From assembly GCA_044230125.1 (NCBI GenBank), contig JBGARR010000012.1, positions 234-64,233 on the forward strand: a stretch of 64,000 nucleotides of DNA. The letters are read 5' to 3'. The first letter of the stretch is position 1. Every line of letters begins with the position of its first letter. The position numbers and the translations under genes were made by a program. The notes under the pieces were generated by a model, which was not told where the DNA came from, did not search any database, and saw nothing but the letters and a program-made list of their open reading frames with translations. The DNA comes from Phycisphaerales bacterium. Lineage in GTDB: Bacteria > Planctomycetota > Phycisphaerae > Phycisphaerales > SM1A02. Shown piece by piece: positions 9,801 to 18,395 of this stretch.

Positions 9801-10230
9801 AGCTGCCCATCACGCGCAATGGAACCGTCACGTTCTCGACGGCGCCGCCTCGCCAGCGCACCAGCTTCAGCGCGCCTGCCCGTCCCTCTTCCTCGGCCAA
9901 CGTGATCGCCGCACCAAGCGCCTTGCGCGCATCGCTGGGGAAGAGCGCACCGTCCACCCCCAGGATGACGTCGCCGGCCTTCAGTACGCCATCCGCGGGC
10001 GAACCACCCTCGACCAGCGTGACCAGGATCTGGCGCGCATCCGTCGTTGCGAGGGACCGTCCGCAGATCCAGCCGCGCGCGCCCGTCGGGCCAAGGGTCC
10101 AGTCATGCGTGCCATCTGGCTTTCCCCCTTGCGTCAGGTCCGGCACCGGCGGCGACGCGGCCTGGCCTGCGCGTCCGGAGCCCACCAGGATGATGGCAAG
10201 GGCGAAGAAGATGAAGTGCCTGGCGCTCAT
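6883..10230 (-). CDS. 1115-aa secreted multidomain protein: PDZ-like + alpha/alpha-toroid-like + HEAT repeats + SASA/DUF303 SGNH-type carbohydrate esterase
   Basis: Signal peptide MSARHFIFFALAIILVGSGRAGQA. PDZ-like GDVILGVDG. HEAT-like VRYRAAKALA...ARYGACQALECMG...VRAAYALAEIG. The C-terminal VFILAGQSNMEGQ motif is typical of sialate O-acetylesterase-like domains. Confidence 0.85.
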   Translation of the reverse strand: MSARHFIFFALAIILVGSGRAGQAASPPVPDLTQGGKPDGTHDWTLGPTGARGWICGRSLATTDARQILVTLVEGGSPADGVLKAGDVILGVDGALFPSDARKALGAAITLAEEEGRAGALKLVRWRGGAVENVTVPLRVMGSYGDAAPRDCAKTAHIIDQACRHLAEHGLGDSIAAQVNALGLLATGRPEHLAQVRALAHQVGPPGLKLELESGMFAWTWGFSNLFLAEYFLATGDKYVLPAIKEYSTKIAMGQSSVGTWGHGMSLPEHAGGLGGYGAINQAGAGCWLSLILAQKCGVDEPVVREAIERSRRFYAFYVGKGSIPYGDHAPYYFLHDNNGKNGQVAIAFDLLGDQEATRFFSRMSTAAHAEREFGHTGNYFSYLWGPLGVARAGDAALAAHLKEQRWFYDLARSWGGGFTYQEAAGSSDSYKGWDATGVFLLTASAPLHRLYITGRGADPANALTGAALSSVIEAGRGFDAWHMDDCYITRKDADLLQALGSWSPTVRYRAAKALALKKSEAVPQLIAMLGSGDMNARYGACQALECMGTRAAPAVDALVEQLSGHDQWLQVRAAYALAEIGKPAQRAVPALLKLAQEGTPGDPRQTTRRYLGIALFLAGYVDTGPRRGLLADSVAGVDSELLLQVIRQMLATDDGLVRAQVASVYPKLSEAQLDGLWPDILRSVERGAPSGEMFADEIRVAGVRLLAEHRIEEGMLACLGYAKHQNPWASQDRMGELMKALVSYGAAAKPLLPELRALAKACRDEKDFPDDCKRKKTLAVEQAIAAIAASQSRPALRSIATTPPKEGSVRSSAVARPIKVFILAGQSNMEGQAVADLAGKDYNGGKGTLSALVRDPATADRFKHLKDAKGGWAVRSDVWVRYKPEEGPVKAGPLTLGFTPYGGRHHFGPELQLGQVLGDCFEEPVLLIKTAWGGKSLCVDFRPPSSGGTVGPYYTRMLADIPEALASVKQEFPAAGDRGCELAGLVWYHGWNDGCDPTKAVPEYEQNLVNLINDLRRDLGAPRLPVVVGELTGPWVDAPGEWGALRRAQAAAAARPEFRGTVLFVPTHDFVRKPEDSPNPGHGHHEFGNAETYFLVGDALGKAMKQLVPVVPGG

Positions 10231-10268
10231 GGATTCTCCTGTGAGGCGCCAAGTCTATGGAGCCGGCG

Positions 10269-12833
10269 TCACTCCAGCTGCTGTCCGAAGGGGCCCCGCT
10301 GCTTCTTGGCGGCGGCGGACTCGTACTCGGCCAGGCCGGGGATCTGCGACAGCTGCGCCTCGGTCAGGATCCGGCGCAAGGCGCTGACGGCGCGCTGGCT
10401 CTGCTCGTCGCGTTCGAAGCGCACCTTTTCGCGCGCGTTGGCGATCTCCATCTGCTCCTGCCAGTAGCGCTGCATCTCGTCCGGCTTCGAGGGCGGAGCG
10501 GCGACCGCGCGCTTGGGGAGCATCTTGCGGCTGAACTCCAGGTGCTCGGCGCGGCTGCGGTCGTGGAGGCCCTGCAGCTGCGTGCGTTGGTCGTCGGTCA
10601 GGTCGTGCAGCGCGCGCGCCTTGTCGATGTAGGGCAGTGCCGAGCGCGCGTCCTTGAAGATGGCCGGGTACGCAAGCTCGTCATAGCTCAGCTGGAGCGC
10701 GGAGCGCTGCTCCTCGCTGAGCGCGCCCAGCGCAGCGGACCAGGCCCCGCGGGCGGCCTCTGAACGCCTGGCCTGCACCTCGGTCTGCTGGCCCTGGAGC
10801 GTCATCATCTCCATGCCCGCCTTCTGCAGCTCGGCCATGTCGGGCTGCTCGCCGGCGTTGCGGTAGAGCGCCATGTTGCGCTGGCCCATCTCCTCCATCG
10901 CGCGCTCCTGGTCGATGCTGGTGGCGAAGGAGTCCAGCTGCACCTTGATCAGCGGGTCGACCAACGCTGCGACGGCGGCGTTGACCTTGCCCCGATCCTC
11001 GGCCGAGAGCTCGGCCGTGCGCAGCAGCGTCGCGATGTTCACGGCCGTTTCCGGCGCGCCGAGCGCCAGGGCATATCCCATCTGCCCGTTCGTCCCGGCG
11101 GTGCGGTCCAGGACGCGTTCCAGCCGCACCAGCTGGAGGACGGGGGCGGACTTCTCGCCCAGCACCGAGGCCAGGTCCCCCAGGAAGGCGGCATCGGCCT
11201 CGCTTGCCTTCACCAGGAGCGCCTTGCGCGCGTTGTAGTAGGCGGCGGACTTGGCGGTGTCCAGCTTCATCTCCTCCGATTCGGGCCCCTTTGCCCAGCG
11301 GTCATTGCCAAGCGCATCGACGCTGGCCTGCGCGGCACGGATCTCCTCGTCCCAGCGCTTTGCATAGTCGCCGCGCATCGTCTCCAGGAGCGCCTTGCGG
11401 GAGTCGTCCAGGGCAAGCTGCGTGGCGATCGCCGTCATCGCGGCGTCGCCGATCGGGCCGCGCTCGGTCATGCGGGCGGCGTGCATCGCGGCAGCCTCGG
11501 CCTCCATCGGACGCGCGCCGGCGGCGATCGCTGGGCCGTCCCCGTCCGCCTCGGGGTCCGTCGCATCGTCGAAGTCCGGCGCCGCGTTCCCCGCCCCACG
11601 CCGCTTCTCGATCATCTTCTGGGTCAGCTTCTTGATCCGCTCGTCGCCCACCACCGCGGCCGCCGAGCTCATCGCCTTCGCGGCGATCTCGGAGCGCTTG
11701 ACCGCCAGCTCCTGGATCTTCTTCATCTGCTCCTGCATTCCGGCGCCGCTGAAGTCCATCATCGCGCGGCTCGCGCGCGCCTCGTCGATCTCCTTGGCAC
11801 ACTGGTCGACGAGTGCGTTGTCGGCCGCCTGCCATTGCTGGTAGGCCCCACGGACCTGCTCGCGCACCGCATCGTCCAGCGCCTTGATGCGCAGCATCAT
11901 CCGGAAGAGCGACTCGGCGCCATCGGGATCGGTGGCGAGCTCGGGGTACGCCTTGGCCAGGTAGCGGGCGCGGAACTTGCGCTTGGAGTCGTCGCCAAGC
12001 TGCACCGAGAGGGAACGGAAGCTCTTGCCGTTGAACTCGGCCAGGTCGGTGGTCTTGGCCTTCATCCGCTCACCGGCCTTGGCCATCGCGGCCTGCATCG
12101 TCTCCATCATGGCCTTCATCTTCTCGGGGTCGTTCATCATCTCTTCCTGCGAGAGATTCCCCAGGCCTGCCTTCTCCAGCTCGTCGAACATGTCGCGGAT
12201 CATCCGCATGCTGGCCGCCCCCAGCTCCTTGACGGCAGCAGTCAGCTTCTGCTCGTAGGCGATCAGCAAGGGATCGATCGTCTCGGCCTCCTGCGGCGGC
12301 AGGTTCAGGTCCAGCATGATCGCCGAGAGGTCGACCGAGGCGTTGGCCCCCTGGAGGCCGGTCATGATCCCTGCGGCCGCGCGCGTGCGGCCGCGAGCGT
12401 CGCGCGCGCGCTGCACCGCGATGCGGCGCTCCTCGCCCATGAGCGTGGCGACGCCTTCGAAGAACGCATCGTCGATTTCGGCGATCTGCCGGTTCACGCG
12501 GTCGTAGCTCTTGGTGAATTCCTCGACCTGCTCCTTCTTCGGGAGCACGCCTCCCTGCATCGCCTTCATCTTGACCAGGAAACGCTCAATCTCGTTCTCG
12601 CGCAGCGCGCGGAAGCGATCGCGGTAGCCATCGTGCAGCGCCTCGATGGAGACGACCTGCTCGTTGGTCGGATGGACGTACTGCCGCAGCAGCTTGGCCA
12701 GCTCGACGCTGGACATCGGATCGGGCACCTGGCCGGAAGTTCCCTGCGCGCGCGCGGGGGCGGCGAAGCACAACGCGGCGGCAAGGGCCAGCGAGAGCGA
12801 GAGCAGGCGTCCCAGGCGAGCGATCGGAAGCAT
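10269..12833 (-). CDS. 854-aa secreted all-helical protein with LTxxQ-like motifs (paralog of 36413..38968)
   Basis: ORF 10269..13136 trimmed to the ATG at 12833, exposing the signal peptide MLPIARLGRLLSLSLALAAALCFAAPARAQG. The protein is rich in E/K/R/A/Q and is collinear with the 851-aa ORF at 36413..38968. Confidence 0.8.
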   Translation of the reverse strand: MLPIARLGRLLSLSLALAAALCFAAPARAQGTSGQVPDPMSSVELAKLLRQYVHPTNEQVVSIEALHDGYRDRFRALRENEIERFLVKMKAMQGGVLPKKEQVEEFTKSYDRVNRQIAEIDDAFFEGVATLMGEERRIAVQRARDARGRTRAAAGIMTGLQGANASVDLSAIMLDLNLPPQEAETIDPLLIAYEQKLTAAVKELGAASMRMIRDMFDELEKAGLGNLSQEEMMNDPEKMKAMMETMQAAMAKAGERMKAKTTDLAEFNGKSFRSLSVQLGDDSKRKFRARYLAKAYPELATDPDGAESLFRMMLRIKALDDAVREQVRGAYQQWQAADNALVDQCAKEIDEARASRAMMDFSGAGMQEQMKKIQELAVKRSEIAAKAMSSAAAVVGDERIKKLTQKMIEKRRGAGNAAPDFDDATDPEADGDGPAIAAGARPMEAEAAAMHAARMTERGPIGDAAMTAIATQLALDDSRKALLETMRGDYAKRWDEEIRAAQASVDALGNDRWAKGPESEEMKLDTAKSAAYYNARKALLVKASEADAAFLGDLASVLGEKSAPVLQLVRLERVLDRTAGTNGQMGYALALGAPETAVNIATLLRTAELSAEDRGKVNAAVAALVDPLIKVQLDSFATSIDQERAMEEMGQRNMALYRNAGEQPDMAELQKAGMEMMTLQGQQTEVQARRSEAARGAWSAALGALSEEQRSALQLSYDELAYPAIFKDARSALPYIDKARALHDLTDDQRTQLQGLHDRSRAEHLEFSRKMLPKRAVAAPPSKPDEMQRYWQEQMEIANAREKVRFERDEQSQRAVSALRRILTEAQLSQIPGLAEYESAAAKKQRGPFGQQLE

Positions 12834-12996
12834 GTCTTGGTACCCCAACGATGAAGGCGGGCGGGCGCAGGAGACGGCCGGCGCGACAGGAGGAATCCTA
12901 CCTGCGCGCAGCCACGGCACGATTTCTTCCCGCTGCTCGCGTTGCGTACTCTGAACACTGCCAAGGCGCCCGCATGCGTGTCGGCAACTCTCCCCA

Positions 12997-13749
12997 GTGA
13001 AAGGACCAGCAGTGCAGAAGTTCACTTCCATCGTGTCCGGTGGCGTCATGGCGGCGGCCTTCCTGGCGAGCCAGGCGCACGCGGGCGCGGACTCCGTCGT
13101 CAATGGCAGCTTCGAGAGCCCGAGCCTGGTCGGCATCGCTTCCGACTACCTGCACACGCCCGGCGGAAATTCCGTCGAGGGCTCGTGGTGGAACAACCCG
13201 TGGGACGCGGGCGGCCCGTGGTTCGGTACGCAGCACACGCCCGGAGGCGCGGGCGCGATGAGCGTGAACGGGGACAACTCGAGCCAGGCCGGTCAGAAGC
13301 GCGTCTGGTACCAGAGCATTTCCGTGATCCCTGGCCGGACCTACCAGTTCTCGACATGGGCACTGGCGACCGCCGCGGGCTTCTCCGGATACTCGCTCCG
13401 CTTCGCCTTCGACGGCGTGCAGGTGGGTGGCGTGATCTCGCCCACGGCTGCCTACACCTGGGAGCAGTTCTCGACCACGGTGGTCCCCACCGACTCGACG
13501 CTCGAGATCTCGATCGTCAATGTCAGCGGAATCACCTTTCCGAACGACTTCATGCTGGACGACATCTCGCTGGTGCTCCTCGCGCCCGCAAGCGACCTGA
13601 ATGACGACGGCACGGTGAATGGCGCGGATCTCGGGCTGCTCCTGGCGGCGTGGGGCGCGTGCCCGGCCGATTGCCCCGCGGACCTGAACGGAAGCGGCGC
13701 CGTGGACGGCGCAGACCTGGGCCTGCTGCTGGCGAGTTGGACCGGCTAA
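12997..13749 (+). CDS. secreted galactose-binding/CBM-like domain protein with C-terminal dockerin-like repeat pair
   Basis: Signal peptide ...AAAFLASQAHA. NGSFESPS...WYQSISVIPGRTYQFSTWA is CBM4/9- or DUF642-like. The C-terminus reads DLNDDGTVNGADLGLLLAAWG + DLNGSGAVDGADLGLLLASWTG. Confidence 0.8.
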   Translation: MKGPAVQKFTSIVSGGVMAAAFLASQAHAGADSVVNGSFESPSLVGIASDYLHTPGGNSVEGSWWNNPWDAGGPWFGTQHTPGGAGAMSVNGDNSSQAGQKRVWYQSISVIPGRTYQFSTWALATAAGFSGYSLRFAFDGVQVGGVISPTAAYTWEQFSTTVVPTDSTLEISIVNVSGITFPNDFMLDDISLVLLAPASDLNDDGTVNGADLGLLLAAWGACPADCPADLNGSGAVDGADLGLLLASWTG

Positions 13750-14624
13750 GGCGGCCCGGCCGCCTCCACCACAACCGGTGCGACCGGCGCGCAGACCGCC
13801 CATGTCCGCACGAGCTCCGGAAACGCCGGGCCGGTGTAGGTCCCGACGAAGATGCCGACAATTGCAATGGGCCGGCCTTCCGGATCCAGCTTCACTGCCG
13901 GCCCGCCGGAGCATCCGCCCCCTTCGTTGTCGCGATTCTCGCAAATGACCGAGAAGGCGCCCAAGGCGTCGACCCGCGAGACCTGGCCAACCGTGCACCA
14001 GAAGTCAGGCCTGAAGAACCAGGGCCAATCAGCCTCGGTGTCGATGTCCGCCGAGGTTCCGCTGCGCCGCGGCCGCCACCCTGCCAGCAGGACGCGATCG
14101 CCCGCGCGGACCGCGCCTGACTCCACAGGCAGACGCGGCTGCGCGTGATCAAGGGCGCGCGCACGCCGCACAAGCTGCCAGTCGCCTGCCGCCAGCGTCA
14201 TCACCTGGTCAAGCGACCATGCCCAGCCCTCGCCAGGCTCGGAGACCTGGCCGCTGCCGCGCGCGATGATCGCACCGCGGATGTCGCTGCCGCGTGCGCG
14301 CAGGCGCGCCGCATCCAAGCCGTCGATGCCGTGCCGGACGATGAGCGCGAGGTCTACGGTGATGCGCGTAGCGGTGCCCTCTTGCTCGGCGCCCGCCCGA
14401 TCGGCGCGTTCGTGCCCGGCGCCCGGCTTCCCGGGCGGATCGATGCAGATCGGCTCCGCGATGGCCAGCATCAACGCACGCTGCTGGGCGGTCACCGCCG
14501 GCAGCGGTGATGCGCAGCCCGAGGACAGGAAGGCGGCGCACGCAAGCGCCACGCGCACGAACGCCGGCGCATCGCGGTGCCGCACGGCGCGAACGGCCAG
14601 GCTCGCGGAGGGCACGTGGCGCAT
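13746..14624 (-). CDS. putative lipoprotein with trypsin-like serine peptidase signature
   Basis: ORF 13746..15134 trimmed to the ATG at 14624, because the upstream part runs antisense through the next gene. Lipobox-like FLSSGC. GGGCSGGPAV resembles the GDSGGP active-site motif. Its stop overlaps the stop of the convergent gene 12997..13749. Confidence 0.6.
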   Translation of the reverse strand: MRHVPSASLAVRAVRHRDAPAFVRVALACAAFLSSGCASPLPAVTAQQRALMLAIAEPICIDPPGKPGAGHERADRAGAEQEGTATRITVDLALIVRHGIDGLDAARLRARGSDIRGAIIARGSGQVSEPGEGWAWSLDQVMTLAAGDWQLVRRARALDHAQPRLPVESGAVRAGDRVLLAGWRPRRSGTSADIDTEADWPWFFRPDFWCTVGQVSRVDALGAFSVICENRDNEGGGCSGGPAVKLDPEGRPIAIVGIFVGTYTGPAFPELVRTWAVCAPVAPVVVEAAGPP

Positions 14625-14660
14625 CGCGGGGCCATCGTAACGCCTACCATTCGGCCAGCA

Positions 14661-15410
14661 ATGGACCGCCGATACCTGGCCTTCGACATCGAAACCGCCA
14701 AGCTGCTGCCCGACGATGTGGGCGACATCCTGGCGCATCGCCCACTGGGAATCGCATGTGCGGCAGCGGTCTTCTCTGACACACAAAAACCCACGGTGTG
14801 GCATGGGACCGCCGATGGCGGGCCTGCCGCCAGGATGTCCCGGGCGGAAGCACGCGATCTGGTGCAGCAGCTGGTCGGCTTCGTGCGCAGCGGATACACG
14901 CTTCTCTCGTGGAACGGGCTCAACTTCGACATGAACATCCTGGCCGAGGAGTCGGACATGCCGCACGAGTGCGCCGAGCTTGCCAAGGCGCACGTGGACA
15001 TGATGTTCCATGCGGTGTGCCAGCTGGGCTACTTCATCGGGCTGGGGAAGGCGGCGGAGGGACTTGGGCTGCCGGGAAAGACCGCGGGCGTGACCGGCGC
15101 ACAAGCCCCGCTGATGTGGTCGGAAGGCAAGCACGCGCAGGTGCTGGAATACAACATCCAGGATGTGCGACTGACACTGGCGGTTGCCCAGGAGTCCGAA
15201 CGGCGCAAGGAACTGGTGTGGGTGACGCGCAAGGGCACCAAGGGGCGGATGCCCCTGCCCGGTGGATGGCGCACCGTCCAGGAGGCGCAGGCCCTGCCGC
15301 TGCCGGACACTTCATGGATGTCCGATCCACCGGCGCGCGAACAGTTCACGCGCTGGTTTCCGTCGCGGCCGACCGGATTGGCGATCCCAGGTCAGGGAAC
15401 GGGCGCCTGA
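14661..15410 (+). CDS. RNase H-like superfamily 3'-5' exonuclease-like protein (DEDD-type motifs)
   Basis: ORF 14577..15410 trimmed to the ATG at 14661. Motifs: [10 protein letters not shown] (ExoI-like DxE), [13 protein letters not shown] (ExoII-like) and YNIQDVRLT (ExoIII-like). It is divergent from the peptidase-like gene, with a 36-nt spacer. Confidence 0.65.
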   Translation: MDRRYLAFDIETAKLLPDDVGDILAHRPLGIACAAAVFSDTQKPTVWHGTADGGPAARMSRAEARDLVQQLVGFVRSGYTLLSWNGLNFDMNILAEESDMPHECAELAKAHVDMMFHAVCQLGYFIGLGKAAEGLGLPGKTAGVTGAQAPLMWSEGKHAQVLEYNIQDVRLTLAVAQESERRKELVWVTRKGTKGRMPLPGGWRTVQEAQALPLPDTSWMSDPPAREQFTRWFPSRPTGLAIPGQGTGA

Positions 15411-16909
15411 GCATCGGTCGCCGCGGACCCCAGCCGCGCACCGGGCACGTGCACCCCCGACCTGGACCCGACGGCGAAGAGATTGCCCTGCGTGATGGCG
15501 TACACCGTGCCATCCGGACCGATCAGCGTGGGGGTGTAGGGCTGACCGGCCGCGCCTGCCAGCCTGATGCTGGTGTAGGCATTGGCGGCCAGGTCCCAGC
15601 GGTACAGGTGGCCATCTTCATTGTTGGCGTAGACCGCCCTGCTGTGCAGGTCCACCACCGCGGTGTTGATGCACCACTCGTCGTTGTTTCCGAAAGGGCT
15701 GACCAGGGTCATGACCTCCTTCATGTCGATCTCGCCCGTCAGCGGATCGACCTGCGACGCGTTGGGATCCAGGATGGCGATCTTGTTCAGTCCGCCGGGG
15801 AACCAGTAGCTGTTGTACTTGGTGAAGAGCAGGTAGGTGGAGCCGGCCGCGGAGACATAGCCAGGGATCATGCTCACCGGCACGACCGCGGGTGTGGTGT
15901 CCCACCCGAAGCCGCCGGTCAGCTTCACGGTCTGCAGGTCAGCGGAGAAGTGCTGGAGGCGGCCGCGGCTGAATTCGTCGCTGTTGGTGCCGAAGTAGAC
16001 GTCGCCGTCGGGCCCGACGGTGGGCGAGGCGGTCGAGAAACCCAGCACTCCGGGAAGCACCGCGGTCGCGTGGAGCGCCACCAGCGTGGCACTCTCCAGC
16101 TGGACGAGCCTGCCGTTGTCGAAGTCGCCGCCGTTGTTGAATGCCGCGTAAAGCTTGGTGCCGTCGGCACTGAGGGCCGGGGCCGAGTTGAGCGCGGTCT
16201 GCGAGAAGCCCGATACCGCCACACCAGTCGCGTAGGTGCCGATGCCCGCCGCCGAAATGCGCGCGATGCCACCGCCCTGCGGCAGCACGCCCGTGTTCGC
16301 CGCCACCTGGAAGCCGAAGTAGAGGTTGCCCTGGGCATCCGCCGTGATCGGCGTGTTGATCTTCACGTTGCCGTCGTAGGCCGCCTGGTGCGCGTGGTAC
16401 TCGGCCAAGCCGGGCGTGTTGTCGTAGAAGGCGAGCTTGCCCGTCGCGCTCGGGCTGGGCTGGTCCGGCCGGTCGCGCCAATCGAGCGTCCCCCCCGCCG
16501 CCGGAATGTAGACATGGAGTTCGGCGGGCGAGGTGCCCGCCAGCATCGGCGAGAAATTGGGCCGCCATCCCGATGCCGGGGCGACATAGTCAGTCGCCTG
16601 CGACCAGACCAGCGCGCCATTGCCGCCGCGTCGGCCCTGGACCACGAAATTGGTGCCTGCGCCAGTGGTCACCGGGACGATCACCGTGTTGGCGGGCGTG
16701 ATCGTGGGTGAACCGTAATGCGTGTAGTAGCCCGGAAAGTTGTCGACCGGCGTCTGCCACAAGACCGTGCTGAGGGCGCTGCCGCGCACGCTGGAGTCGC
16801 CGGTGTGCTGCGCGTTGCCGCCGTACATCGGCCAGCCGGCGAAAGCCTGGAAGCGCGCCGCCGCAAGGAGCAGGATCGTCACCGCGCTGAACAGGAGCCA
16901 ATGCTTCAC
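15392..16909 (-). CDS. secreted PQQ-like beta-propeller repeat protein
   Basis: ORF 15392..17005. The probable start is the GTG at 16909, preceded by gaggg, which gives the signal peptide [24 protein letters not shown] followed by [13 protein letters not shown], typical of PQQ-like propeller proteins. There are repeated beta-strand blades. Confidence 0.75.
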   Translation of the reverse strand: MKHWLLFSAVTILLLAAARFQAFAGWPMYGGNAQHTGDSSVRGSALSTVLWQTPVDNFPGYYTHYGSPTITPANTVIVPVTTGAGTNFVVQGRRGGNGALVWSQATDYVAPASGWRPNFSPMLAGTSPAELHVYIPAAGGTLDWRDRPDQPSPSATGKLAFYDNTPGLAEYHAHQAAYDGNVKINTPITADAQGNLYFGFQVAANTGVLPQGGGIARISAAGIGTYATGVAVSGFSQTALNSAPALSADGTKLYAAFNNGGDFDNGRLVQLESATLVALHATAVLPGVLGFSTASPTVGPDGDVYFGTNSDEFSRGRLQHFSADLQTVKLTGGFGWDTTPAVVPVSMIPGYVSAAGSTYLLFTKYNSYWFPGGLNKIAILDPNASQVDPLTGEIDMKEVMTLVSPFGNNDEWCINTAVVDLHSRAVYANNEDGHLYRWDLAANAYTSIRLAGAAGQPYTPTLIGPDGTVYAITQGNLFAVGSRSGVHVPGARLGSAATDAQAPVP

Positions 16910-17258
16910 GGGGAGCCCTCGGGCATGCGACCGCAGCGGCTGCTGCTGTCTGGGATTCGAATCGGCCTGACCACGTCTGGCGCCTTTTGGCCAGCGCAAC
17001 TCCATCTTCTACAGGCACTTGCACACCGCGACAAGGCATTTCCGCCCGAAATGACGGAACGGGCGATTCACGCGGTTTTGGGGCGGATTCGTGCAGTCTT
17101 CGCGGCATTCCCAGCTGCACGACTGCCGCGCCGCGCGGCGATGCCCGATCCGCGTGAACCCGCAATTCTCCTCGTAGAGCGTGCACCCATCAGCGGCCTA
17201 CTCTTCAAGTGAATCGCTGCACCTTTCGCGGATCACCTTTACAAGAATTGACTCTGCC

Positions 17259-17489
17259 ATGTCACATCACACGCACGGGAAGCACATGCACGCCTCTCGT
17301 CCCGAAAACACCGGCTCACAGACCGGCACGGGCACCAATCGCTCGGCGGGCTGCGCCCCTGCCGCAGAGATGATCCGGATTCGTGCGTACGAGCTGTCGC
17401 AGACCCGCAACGGCGGACCCGGCGATGCGCAGACGGACTGGGTCCAGGCGGAACGGGAGCTTGCGGCGGCGAACGACGAGCAGGGTTGA
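17259..17489 (+). CDS. small DUF2934-like protein with His-rich N-terminus
   Basis: ORF 17181..17489 trimmed to the ATG at 17259. IRIRAYELSQTRNGGPGDAQTDWVQAEREL matches the DUF2934 pattern as I remember it. The N-terminus is MSHHTHGKHMH. Confidence 0.6.
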   Translation: MSHHTHGKHMHASRPENTGSQTGTGTNRSAGCAPAAEMIRIRAYELSQTRNGGPGDAQTDWVQAERELAAANDEQG

Positions 17490-17527
17490 GTGATCGGGGC
17501 ACGCGCGCGTTTCGTGCGCGCCCCTCA

Positions 17528-18238
17528 TCACGGAGCGCACGGCCCCCACGCGCCCAGCATCAGGCCAAGATCCGCACCGTCCACGGTGCCGCTGCAGTCC
17601 AGGTCGGCGGCGCCGGCACTGCCCCAGCTTCCCAGCAGAAGACCCAGGTCCGCCCCGTCCACCATCCCCGAGCTGTCCAGGTCTGCGGTGCAACCCGCGC
17701 GGTACCCGGTGGTCATGGTGTCCAGGAAGATGGTGAAGTTGCTCTGCCCCTGCACGCCGGTGGCGCGGACGCGATGGATGGGCGCGTCGGCGATGTAGCC
17801 CAGGAAGGTGACGCCTGCCCCGAAGGAGGGCATCACTGCGGTGTTCAGGAGCACGTCCCCCGCCCCGAAGAACTCCACCTTGATCGCGTCGGAGAGGCTT
17901 GGATTGAACCAGCCCAGCGCGCCCACCGGCGGATCGAGCCGGAAGTCGATGGGGCTCGTGCCGATGTTGAAGAGCACGTTCGGAGCGGACTGGTAGGTGC
18001 CGCCGCCGCCGAAGCTGGCCGCATCCCAGATGCGCGCGGTGCCGTTGAAGTGGACGCCGGGAAACTGGTCGAAGAGCACGGTGCCATGGGCCAGCGTGTC
18101 GAAGGTGACCGTCTTCCGCGTGTGGCAGTCCAGCGCACTGATGAAGCCCGCGGGCGCGGTAAATGTCTGGTCGCCTGACGCGGAGAGCGAAATTGCGCAC
18201 GAGGCCAAGAGCGATGCGAGCGTGATCGAGCACTTCAT
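17528..18238 (-). CDS. secreted protein with C-terminal dockerin-like repeat pair
   Basis: ORF 17528..18574 trimmed to the ATG at 18238. Signal peptide MKCSITLASLLASCAISLSASG. The C-terminus reads DLDSSGMVDGADLGLLLGSWG + DLDCSGTVDGADLGLMLGAWGPCAP. Confidence 0.75.
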   Translation of the reverse strand: MKCSITLASLLASCAISLSASGDQTFTAPAGFISALDCHTRKTVTFDTLAHGTVLFDQFPGVHFNGTARIWDAASFGGGGTYQSAPNVLFNIGTSPIDFRLDPPVGALGWFNPSLSDAIKVEFFGAGDVLLNTAVMPSFGAGVTFLGYIADAPIHRVRATGVQGQSNFTIFLDTMTTGYRAGCTADLDSSGMVDGADLGLLLGSWGSAGAADLDCSGTVDGADLGLMLGAWGPCAP

Positions 18239-18395
18239 AGGGGTCCTCAAGGGGGAAAAGGCCTCTTTCCCGCTCCTCCGCGGATGGTCCCACGATGCCG
18301 TGCAGGACCGTGTGCGCGCGATTGTAGCCTTGCCCGCTGATGGCACCGCAGTCGTGGGGTGCCCGTGGGACATGTCAGCGAAAGGACCTCCGGTG

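Noticed and set aside
13746-15134. The full 462-aa version of the peptidase-like ORF.
   Set aside because: Its first 170 codons run antisense through the exonuclease-like gene and have shadow composition. The internal ATG at 14624 exposes a lipoprotein-type signal.
16952-16963. gggattcgaatc, a T-loop-like string that could hint at a tRNA in the 16910-17258 spacer.
   Set aside because: I could not fold the flanking sequence into acceptor, D or anticodon arms, and there is no complementary T-stem.
17496-17528. ggggcacgcgcgcgtttcgtgcgcgcccc as a terminator between convergent genes 17259..17489 and 17528..18238.
   Set aside because: The arms are not properly complementary beyond 5 outer base pairs because the inner part is out of register, so I did not list it as a feature.
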